From contig NC_000962.3 in the NCBI RefSeq assembly GCF_000195955.2, positions 120,001 to 152,000 of the forward strand: 32,000 nucleotides of DNA, given 5' to 3'. The notes below the pieces were generated by a model. It was given only the letters and a program-made list of their open reading frames with translations. It made no database searches and had not been told where the DNA came from. This stretch comes from Mycobacterium tuberculosis H37Rv (lineage in GTDB: Bacteria; Actinomycetota; Actinomycetes; Mycobacteriales; Mycobacteriaceae). This document shows positions 25,627 to 32,000 of the stretch, one piece after another. Each line of letters starts with the position of its first letter. Within the stretch, counting starts at the first letter, position 1. Made by a program: the position numbers and the translations under genes.

Positions 25627-27771
25627 CTAGCCGGCCCCGGCCTTTACCCGGGCGGCGGCGGATTCCGGCATCGGTTCGTAGCGGGCAAACGAACGGGTGA
25701 AGGATGCGGCCCCATGCGCCAGCGAGCGCAAATCGATTGCGTAGCGGGTCAGCTCGACCTGAGGCACCTCGGCCTTGATCACCGTGCGGTCGTGCCCCGC
25801 GGTCTCGGTGCCGAGCACTCGGCCACGACGACTGGACAGGTCGCCCAACACCGCGCCGACGAAATCGTCGGGTACCAGCACCGAAATCTCATCGATTGGC
25901 TCGAGCAAGATCACCTTCGTCGCGGCCGCGGCCTCCCGCAATGCGAGCGCGCCGGCCATTTGGAAGGCGAAATCGGAAGAGTCGACGCTGTGGGCTTTGC
26001 CGTCGAGCAACGTGACCCGGATATCGACCACCGGGTAGCCGGCGTGCACTCCCTTATCCATCTGTGCGCGGACACCTTTCTCCACATTGGGGATAAACTG
26101 CCGCGGCACCGCCCCGCCAACCACTTTGTCGAGGAACTCGAACCCGGAGCCCTCCGGCAGCGGCTCCACCTCGATGTCGCACACCCCGTACTGACCGTGA
26201 CCACCGGACTGTTTGATGTGGCGGCCATGGCCTTTCGCATTGCCGGCGAAGGTTTCCCGCAGCGGCACCCGCAGCTCGATCGTGTCTACGCTGACGCCGT
26301 ACCGGTTGGCCAGTGTATCCAGGACGACGCCGGCATGGGCCTCGCCCATACACCACAGCACGACCTGATGGGTCTCTTGATTTTGCTCGATCCGCAGTGT
26401 CGGGTCTTCGGCGGCCAACCGGCCCAACCCGACCGACAGCTTGTCTTCGTCGGTCTTGGCATGCGCCGCAATGGCGATCGGCAGCAGCGGCTCGGGCATG
26501 GTCCAGGGTTTCAGCACCAGGGGCTCGGCCTTATCCGAGAGTGTGTCCCCGGTCTCGGCCCGGCTCAGCTTGCCGATGGCGCAGATGTCGCCCGCGACCA
26601 CGGCTGCTGCCGGGCGCTGTTGCTTGCCCAGCGGGAACGACAAGACTCCGATGCGCTCGTCTTCGTCGTGGTCGGGGTGCGTGTTACTAGTTCCGCCGCC
26701 GAAAAACGATGAGAAATGGCCCGACACATGGACCGTCGTGTCGGGCCTGATGGTTCCGGAGAACACCCGCACCAAGCTGACCCGGCCGACGTAGGGGTCC
26801 GACGTCGTCTTCACCACCTCGGCGAGCAACGGCGCGTCATTGTCACAGGCCAGCTCCGCATGCGGGACACCCTGCGGGGTAAAGACCTCCGGCAGTGGGT
26901 GCTCCATCGGAGACGGAAATCCGCGGGTGGCTACCTCAAGCAATTCCAGTGTGCCGACCCCGGTGCTGCTGCACACCGGAATCACCGGGAAGAACGAGCC
27001 TCGGGCGACGGCTTTCTCCAGATCCTGGATCAGCACCGACTCGTCGATCGTCTCGCCGCCGAGGTAGCGCTCCATCAAGGACTCATCCTCGGATTCCTCG
27101 ATGATTCCTTCGATCAAGGCGCCGCGCGCCTCCTCGATTCGCTCGGTGTCCGACTCGGCCGGGGTTCGTGTCGTTCGCTTGCCGTCGGCGTACTCGTACA
27201 GTGCCTGCGAAAGCAATCCGATCAGGCCGTCACCGGACGGCAGGTAGAGCGGTAAGACCTTGTCGCCGAAGGCGTCTTGTGCCGCGGTCAGCGCTTCCCG
27301 GTAGTTCGCCCGGGCGTGGTCCAGCTTGGTGATGACCACCGCGCGGGGCATGCCGACCTGGCTGCATTCCTGCCACAGGGACTTGGTCGGTTCGTCGACG
27401 CCCTCGTTGGCCGCGATCACGAACAGTGCGCAATCGGCGGCCCGCAACCCGGCCCGCAGCTCACCCACGAAGTCGGCGTACCCAGGGGTGTCGACGAGGT
27501 TGACCTTGATGCCGTCGTAAGCCAGCGAGGCGACCGCAAGGCCCACCGAGCGCTGTTGCCGGATCTCCGCCTCGTCGAAGTCGCAGACCGTGGTGCCCTC
27601 GGTGACCGAGCCCGGCCTGGACAACACCTTGGCCGCCACCAGGAGAGCCTCGATGAGGGTGGTCTTGCCGCCCCCCGAGGGCCCCACCAGAACCACGTTG
27701 CGAACGCCGCCGGGCCCGTTTGCGGTGGGAGCGGCGGCCGCGCCCTGGGAAGCATTCACTCTGTCGGCCAT
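25627..27771 (-). CDS. fusA2: Elongation factor G paralogue (EF-G2) with divergent G motifs
   Basis: Motifs present are VGPSGGGKTT (27658-27684), DTPGYADF and ITKLD (27319-27333), and the product has the five-domain EF-G length. ATG 27771 has GGAGGA upstream. I reject the track start at 27846. Confidence 0.93.
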   Translation of the reverse strand: MADRVNASQGAAAAPTANGPGGVRNVVLVGPSGGGKTTLIEALLVAAKVLSRPGSVTEGTTVCDFDEAEIRQQRSVGLAVASLAYDGIKVNLVDTPGYADFVGELRAGLRAADCALFVIAANEGVDEPTKSLWQECSQVGMPRAVVITKLDHARANYREALTAAQDAFGDKVLPLYLPSGDGLIGLLSQALYEYADGKRTTRTPAESDTERIEEARGALIEGIIEESEDESLMERYLGGETIDESVLIQDLEKAVARGSFFPVIPVCSSTGVGTLELLEVATRGFPSPMEHPLPEVFTPQGVPHAELACDNDAPLLAEVVKTTSDPYVGRVSLVRVFSGTIRPDTTVHVSGHFSSFFGGGTSNTHPDHDEDERIGVLSFPLGKQQRPAAAVVAGDICAIGKLSRAETGDTLSDKAEPLVLKPWTMPEPLLPIAIAAHAKTDEDKLSVGLGRLAAEDPTLRIEQNQETHQVVLWCMGEAHAGVVLDTLANRYGVSVDTIELRVPLRETFAGNAKGHGRHIKQSGGHGQYGVCDIEVEPLPEGSGFEFLDKVVGGAVPRQFIPNVEKGVRAQMDKGVHAGYPVVDIRVTLLDGKAHSVDSSDFAFQMAGALALREAAAATKVILLEPIDEISVLVPDDFVGAVLGDLSSRRGRVLGTETAGHDRTVIKAEVPQVELTRYAIDLRSLAHGAASFTRSFARYEPMPESAAARVKAGAG

Positions 27772-27811
27772 GGCTTTCCTCCAGTTCTCCGGGGTCGGTT
27801 CCCGTGGTGTG

Positions 27812-27889
27812 GCCCAGCAGGACGTAGTAGGCAACTTTTCTCCCAACTGCCGCCCAGCACAAGGGTCGGGTCAGGTGAGTAGTAGGCAA
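27812..27889. promoter_or_regulatory. Pair of direct repeats (GCCCAGCA ... GTAGTAGGCAA) upstream of fusA2; candidate regulator site
   Basis: The exact 11-mer GTAGTAGGCAA occurs at 27824-27834 and 27879-27889, a 55-bp period. Each copy is preceded by GCCCAGCA (27812-27819 and 27852-27859). All lie in the 136-bp gap between the fusA2 start and the Rv0121c stop. Confidence 0.3.
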
Positions 27890-27907
27890 TCGGAGCCGTC
27901 GTTGTGG

Positions 27908-28342
27908 TCAGGCGTGCCAGCTGGCCCAGCGCTGGACTGCTATTGCGATTACCGGGCCGTTCAACGGAACCGATTGGTATTGAGCATATTTGGCGCGCAG
28001 CAGGCGGTATGCGGCGCGCATCACCTCGCCATCGCGATGAATCGCGGCGACCCCGTCGGCCCGGACCCACCACAACTGGGTCCAATCATCGGCATAGCTG
28101 TCGACGAGCACGCTGGCCCGTGGATTGTGCTCGAGATTGGCGAGCCGGCGCAGCCGCTGCGTCGTTTTCCGCTTCGCGTCGACGGCGGTGTAGATAACGT
28201 CTGCACCGGTCGCCTCGGCCGGGCGCCTAGCGCCGAGCGCGAATACGACCGGCACCAGGTGGGGTGTGCCGTCGGGCGTGCTGGTGGCCAGTCGTGCGAC
28301 GGGGGACTGGGCAAACCTGAGCTTTGGGTCGAATTCCCCCAC
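27908..28342 (-). CDS. PNPOx-like split-barrel protein; I recall this family (Rv0121c) as a PPOX-class F420-dependent oxidoreductase
   Basis: The coordinates match the ORF track exactly, with a GTG start at 28342. Family-typical segments are ARLATSTPDGTPHLVPVVF and WWVRADG. Confidence 0.85.
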   Translation of the reverse strand: MGEFDPKLRFAQSPVARLATSTPDGTPHLVPVVFALGARRPAEATGADVIYTAVDAKRKTTQRLRRLANLEHNPRASVLVDSYADDWTQLWWVRADGVAAIHRDGEVMRAAYRLLRAKYAQYQSVPLNGPVIAIAVQRWASWHA

Positions 28343-28520
28343 GGCGCCAGCTTATGCTCAGCTGCCGCCCAACGTCGCGCAGTCTGGACGGCCAGACGTC
28401 GCGGCCGTGACAGCGGACATCTCGGGCAGCCCGGTCCATGGGGCGTGCGTGCTAATGGTGCCGGTGGTAATCCAGTGGCGCGCAAGGTAATTGGCCGGGT
28501 CGGTCTCGGCCGCCGCAGGA
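28326..28520. repeat. Direct repeat X (left copy) flanking the Rv0122-Rv0123 cassette
   Basis: It aligns to 29200-29395 at an offset of 874 bp. The first 86 positions align without gaps, with 72 identical by hand count. After a 1-nt indel comes an identical 19-mer, AGCGGACATCTCGGGCAGC, then further blocks (GGTGGTAATCCA, AATTGGCCGG, TCGGTCTCGG). It covers the Rv0121c start codon and its upstream region. Confidence 0.85.
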
Positions 28521-28859
28521 ATCGGTTGGGTCGGTTTGAACGTGACAGAGACGAACAGAGACCAGTGCTATCGCGTCGAACGGACGACCGTTGACGCTTT
28601 GACACATCCCGAGTATCGAGTACATACTCGAGGCGTGCAGCGGGTCAGGGTCACGAGGAACGCCCGGAAGCACCGCGTGTCCAAGCACCGCATCGTCGCC
28701 GCTATGCGCCACTGCGGTGTTCCGGTCATTCAGGAAGATGGCTCGCTGTACTACCAGGGCCGCGATACGTCGGGCCGTCTTACCGAGGTCGTCGCCGTCG
28801 AAGCCGACGACGGTGACCTGATCATCACTCACGCAATGCCGAAGGAGTGGAAGCGATGA
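28491..28859 (+). CDS. Putative toxin, distantly BrnT/DUF497-like (Rv0122 by recollection); the functional start is probably GTG 28635
   Basis: These are the maximal ORF bounds from the track, with a TTG start. The first ~10 codons lie in repeat X and the first 48 aa look non-genic. The C-terminal 74 aa, VQRVRVTRNARKHRVSKHRIVAAM...GRLTEVVAVEADDGDLIITHAMPKEWKR, carry the family-like layout. The stop overlaps the next ATG (ATGA). Confidence 0.7.
   Translation: MAGSVSAAAGIGWVGLNVTETNRDQCYRVERTTVDALTHPEYRVHTRGVQRVRVTRNARKHRVSKHRIVAAMRHCGVPVIQEDGSLYYQGRDTSGRLTEVVAVEADDGDLIITHAMPKEWKR
28591..28637 (+). promoter_or_regulatory. Candidate promoter plus palindromic operator for a leaderless Rv0122-Rv0123 transcript
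   Basis: The arrangement is TTGACA (28599-28604), 18 nt, CATACT (28623-28628), 6 nt, then GTG 28635. A perfect 16-bp palindrome TCGAGTA-CA-TACTCGA (28616-28631) overlaps the -10. An extra GAGTA half-site lies at 28611-28615. Confidence 0.45.
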
Positions 28860-29224
28860 CGAAGAAGCCACGTAACCCCGCCGACTACGTGATCGGCGAC
28901 GATGTCGAGGTGTCTGACGTCGATCTCAAGCAAGAGGAGGTCTATGTCGATGGCGAGCGGCTAACGGACGAGCGCGTCGAGCAGATGGCTTCAGAGTCGC
29001 TGCGGCTGGCGCGCGAACGAGAAGCCAACCTGATTCCTGGCGGCAAGTCTCTGTCCGGCGGCTCTGCGCACTCGCCGGCTGTGCAGGTGGTCGTTTCGAA
29101 GGCTACCCACGCCAAGCTCAAGGAGCTGGCGCGCAGCCGGAAGATGAGCGTATCTAAGCTGCTGCGTCCCGTGCTCGACGAGTTCGTACAGCGAGAAACG
29201 GGTCGGATTCTCCCACGGCGTTAG
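28856..29224 (+). CDS. Putative antitoxin with a C-terminal ribbon-helix-helix (CopG/BrnA-like) domain (Rv0123 by recollection)
   Basis: ATG 28856 has GAAGGAG 8 nt upstream. The track start 28847 sits on that SD. The C-terminus AVQVVVSKATHAKLKELARSRKMSVSKLLRPVLDEFV fits a strand-helix-helix RHH pattern. The last ~8 codons lie in repeat Y. Confidence 0.8.
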   Translation: MTKKPRNPADYVIGDDVEVSDVDLKQEEVYVDGERLTDERVEQMASESLRLAREREANLIPGGKSLSGGSAHSPAVQVVVSKATHAKLKELARSRKMSVSKLLRPVLDEFVQRETGRILPRR

Positions 29225-29395
29225 CTTGTGCTCAGCCGCCGCTCGACGTCGCGAAGTCTGGACAGTCAGCTGTCGCAGCCGTGACCAGCGGACATCTCGG
29301 GCAGCTAGCCCGACAGGGTGCGCGTGCACCTGGCCCGGGTGGTAATCCATTGACGCGCACGGCAATTGGCCGGCTCGGTCTCGGTCTGCGGATAC
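29200..29395. repeat. Direct repeat Y (right copy) flanking the Rv0122-Rv0123 cassette
   Basis: See repeat X. Its minus strand contains a relic of the Rv0121c start: GTG GGA GAA TCC GAC CCG (VGESDP) versus GTG GGG GAA TTC GAC CCA (VGEFDP) in the real gene. Confidence 0.85.
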
Positions 29396-29532
29396 CGCAC
29401 TGAAGGGCGACAATTTTGGCGAAAAGGCCGTGTGCGGTGCCGGGTCGCGCTACGTTCAGATTCACCTAACAATGTCGTCCGCCAACGAGCGTGTTCGCCG
29501 GTGGTGGGGCGGGCGGGTTGGGGAGGTGTGTG

Positions 29533-30996
29533 ATGTCGTTTGTCAGCGTAGCCCCGGAGATTGTGGTGGCCGCGGCAACAGACCTGGCGGGTATCGGATC
29601 GGCGATCAGCGCGGCCAATGCCGCCGCGGCTGCGCCGACCACCGCCGTGCTGGCCGCGGGTGCCGATGAGGTGTCGGCGGCGATCGCGGCGCTGTTTTCC
29701 GGCCACGCTCAGGCCTATCAGGCGCTCAGCGCCCAGGCGGCGGCGTTTCATCAGCAGTTCGTGCAGACGCTTGCCGGTGGCGCTGGAGCATATGCGGCCG
29801 CCGAGGCCCAGGTCGAGCAGCAGCTGCTGGCCGCGATCAACGCGCCCACCCAGGCGCTGCTGGGGCGCCCCTTGATCGGCAACGGTGCCGATGGGGCGCC
29901 GGGGACTGGGCAGGCCGGCGGGGCTGGGGGGATCTTGTACGGCAATGGCGGCAATGGCGGCTCCGGGGCGGCTGGGCAGGCCGGGGGTGCCGGCGGGCCG
30001 GCCGGGCTGATCGGCCATGGCGGGTCCGGCGGGGCCGGCGGCTCCGGCGCGGCCGGCGGGGCCGGCGGGCACGGCGGATGGCTGTGGGGCAACGGCGGCG
30101 TCGGCGGATCCGGCGGGGCGGGTGTCGGCGCAGGCGTGGCTGGCGGTCACGGCGGTGCGGGCGGTGCCGCCGGGCTGTGGGGCGCCGGCGGCGGCGGTGG
30201 CAATGGCGGGAACGGCGCCGATGCCAACATCGTCAGCGGTGGAGACGGTGGCCTCGGCGGTGCCGGTGGCGGTGGCGGATGGCTCTACGGCGACGGCGGG
30301 GCCGGCGGACACGGCGGACAAGGCGCAATCGGCCTCGGCGGCGGCGCCGGCGGCGACGGGGGCCAGGGCGGCGCCGGCCGCGGACTGTGGGGTACTGGCG
30401 GCGCCGGCGGACACGGCGGGCAAGGCGGTGGTACCGGGGGCCCACCGCTGCCCGGTCAGGCAGGCATGGGCGCCGCGGGTGGCGCCGGTGGGCTGATCGG
30501 CAACGGCGGGGCCGGCGGCGACGGCGGTGTCGGCGCGTCCGGCGGGGTCGCCGGAGTAGGCGGTGCCGGCGGGAACGCCATGCTGATCGGGCACGGCGGC
30601 GCCGGCGGCGCCGGCGGAGACAGCAGTTTCGCTAATGGCGCGGCCGGCGGCGCGGGCGGTGCCGGAGGGCACCTCTTCGGCAATGGCGGGTCCGGCGGCC
30701 ACGGCGGAGCCGTCACGGCCGGCAACACCGGTATCGGTGGCGCCGGCGGCGTCGGTGGGGACGCCAGGCTGATCGGCCACGGTGGCGCCGGCGGTGCCGG
30801 CGGGGACCGCGCCGGAGCCTTGGTTGGCCGTGACGGCGGGCCCGGTGGGAACGGGGGCGCTGGCGGCCAGCTATACGGCAACGGCGGCGACGGCGCCCCC
30901 GGCACCGGCGGAACACTGCAGGCGGCGGTGAGCGGATTGGTGACGGCTTTGTTCGGTGCACCCGGCCAACCCGGCGACACCGGCCAACCCGGCTAG
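29533..30996 (+). CDS. PE_PGRS2: PE_PGRS family protein
   Basis: ATG 29533 has GGGGAGG upstream and lies inside track ORF 29491..30996. The PE domain reads [48 protein letters not shown]...[22 protein letters not shown] linker follows, then Gly-rich PGRS repeats. Confidence 0.92.
   Translation: MSFVSVAPEIVVAAATDLAGIGSAISAANAAAAAPTTAVLAAGADEVSAAIAALFSGHAQAYQALSAQAAAFHQQFVQTLAGGAGAYAAAEAQVEQQLLAAINAPTQALLGRPLIGNGADGAPGTGQAGGAGGILYGNGGNGGSGAAGQAGGAGGPAGLIGHGGSGGAGGSGAAGGAGGHGGWLWGNGGVGGSGGAGVGAGVAGGHGGAGGAAGLWGAGGGGGNGGNGADANIVSGGDGGLGGAGGGGGWLYGDGGAGGHGGQGAIGLGGGAGGDGGQGGAGRGLWGTGGAGGHGGQGGGTGGPPLPGQAGMGAAGGAGGLIGNGGAGGDGGVGASGGVAGVGGAGGNAMLIGHGGAGGAGGDSSFANGAAGGAGGAGGHLFGNGGSGGHGGAVTAGNTGIGGAGGVGGDARLIGHGGAGGAGGDRAGALVGRDGGPGGNGGAGGQLYGNGGDGAPGTGGTLQAAVSGLVTALFGAPGQPGDTGQPG
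29880..30993 (+). repeat. PGRS polymorphic GC-rich repeat region
   Basis: It has the same GGCGGN/GCCGGN triplet repeats as PE_PGRS1. Antisense shadow ORFs are 29305..30780 and 30456..30980. Confidence 0.85.
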
Positions 30997-31147
30997 CCCC
31001 GATCAACGAGGGTTTCGGTGCCGGTCCGGGGCATGGCCATCCGCTGAGCTGGCGATCTGGACTACGTTGGTGTAGAAAAATCCTGCCGCCCGGACCCTTA
31101 AGGCTGGGACAATTTCTGATAGCTACCCCGACACAGGAGGTTACGGG

Positions 31148-32000
31148 ATGAGCAATTCGCGCCGCCGCTCACTCAGGTGGTCATGGTTGCTGAGCGTGCT
31201 GGCTGCCGTCGGGCTGGGCCTGGCCACGGCGCCGGCCCAGGCGGCCCCGCCGGCCTTGTCGCAGGACCGGTTCGCCGACTTCCCCGCGCTGCCCCTCGAC
31301 CCGTCCGCGATGGTCGCCCAAGTGGGGCCACAGGTGGTCAACATCAACACCAAACTGGGCTACAACAACGCCGTGGGCGCCGGGACCGGCATCGTCATCG
31401 ATCCCAACGGTGTCGTGCTGACCAACAACCACGTGATCGCGGGCGCCACCGACATCAATGCGTTCAGCGTCGGCTCCGGCCAAACCTACGGCGTCGATGT
31501 GGTCGGGTATGACCGCACCCAGGATGTCGCGGTGCTGCAGCTGCGCGGTGCCGGTGGCCTGCCGTCGGCGGCGATCGGTGGCGGCGTCGCGGTTGGTGAG
31601 CCCGTCGTCGCGATGGGCAACAGCGGTGGGCAGGGCGGAACGCCCCGTGCGGTGCCTGGCAGGGTGGTCGCGCTCGGCCAAACCGTGCAGGCGTCGGATT
31701 CGCTGACCGGTGCCGAAGAGACATTGAACGGGTTGATCCAGTTCGATGCCGCGATCCAGCCCGGTGATTCGGGCGGGCCCGTCGTCAACGGCCTAGGACA
31801 GGTGGTCGGTATGAACACGGCCGCGTCCGATAACTTCCAGCTGTCCCAGGGTGGGCAGGGATTCGCCATTCCGATCGGGCAGGCGATGGCGATCGCGGGC
31901 CAGATCCGATCGGGTGGGGGGTCACCCACCGTTCATATCGGGCCTACCGCCTTCCTCGGCTTGGGTGTTGTCGACAACAACGGCAACGGCGCACGAGTCC
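31148..32000 (+). CDS. pepA: Secreted trypsin-like (HtrA/PepA-type) serine protease; the 3' end runs off the right edge (partial)
   Basis: Absent from the track because there is no stop in the window. ATG 31148 has AGGAGG upstream. The signal peptide reads MSNSRRRSLRWSWLLSVLAAVGLGLATAPAQA. The triad contexts are VLTNNHV, QDVAVLQL and QPGDSGGPVV (31763-31780). I read the frame open to 32000. Confidence 0.92.
   Translation, partial: MSNSRRRSLRWSWLLSVLAAVGLGLATAPAQAAPPALSQDRFADFPALPLDPSAMVAQVGPQVVNINTKLGYNNAVGAGTGIVIDPNGVVLTNNHVIAGATDINAFSVGSGQTYGVDVVGYDRTQDVAVLQLRGAGGLPSAAIGGGVAVGEPVVAMGNSGGQGGTPRAVPGRVVALGQTVQASDSLTGAEETLNGLIQFDAAIQPGDSGGPVVNGLGQVVGMNTAASDNFQLSQGGQGFAIPIGQAMAIAGQIRSGGGSPTVHIGPTAFLGLGVVDNNGNGARV

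Noticed and set aside
27590-28594. 334-aa plus-strand ORF crossing the fusA2 5' end, the intergenic region and Rv0121c
   Set aside because: It is a low-complexity R/G/P-rich product overlapping two supported minus-strand genes.
28021-29413. Minus-strand ORFs 28021..28605 and 28991..29413 share the peptide segment ...AAAEHKL(A/T)PW..., which hints at paralogous genes
   Set aside because: The shared peptide is simply direct repeat X/Y translated on the minus strand. Both ORFs are otherwise R/P-rich and overlap better-supported genes.
29305-30780. 491-aa minus-strand ORF, plus 30456..30980, 29751..30092, 12275..12835 and 11855..12148, all antisense to the PE_PGRS genes
   Set aside because: These are Ala/Pro-rich mirror images of the GGN-repeat coding strand. 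The plus strand carries a recognisable PE domain, an SD and the GRPLI linker.

Overview
This is a 32-kb, high-GC (about 65%) actinobacterial chromosome segment that I recognise as Mycobacterium tuberculosis complex. From memory, not from a database lookup, the gene order matches the H37Rv Rv0103c-Rv0125 interval. In order: ctpB (partial), Rv0104, rpmB1 and Rv0106 divergent across Zur-type boxes, ctpI, Rv0108c, PE_PGRS1, rhomboid Rv0110, acyltransferase Rv0111, gca-gmhA-gmhB-hddA, ldtA, oxyS, oxcA divergent from fadD7, fusA2, Rv0121c, Rv0122-Rv0123, PE_PGRS2 and pepA (partial). I call 23 plausible-to-confident CDS plus one speculative small ORF. I saw no rRNA, tRNA, CRISPR, IS element or integrase. 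Most of the six-frame track is high-GC shadow ORFs. ctpB and pepA are missing from the track because their stops lie outside the window.

Main points for a second look:
1. Rv0122-Rv0123 reads as a toxin-first BrnT-like/RHH toxin-antitoxin cassette. It has its own promoter, a palindromic operator and a probable leaderless start. About 195-bp direct repeats bracket it, and they include a relic copy of the Rv0121c start.
2. The lower-GC heptose gene block is bracketed by a 71-bp direct repeat. The right copy supplies the hddA C-terminus and stop codon.
3. Two genes leave their family's reading frame near the 3' end: rpmB1 at 4075-4078 and ctpI at the A4 run 5831-5834.
4. Domain oddities: CtpI carries a degenerate second P-type ATPase module at its N-terminus. 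Rv0104 is an AdoHcy-hydrolase-like domain fused to a cNMP-binding domain. Rv0106 is a COG0523 protein without a P-loop.
5. oxcA-fadD7 looks like an oxalate pathway that does not need formyl-CoA transferase (frc).
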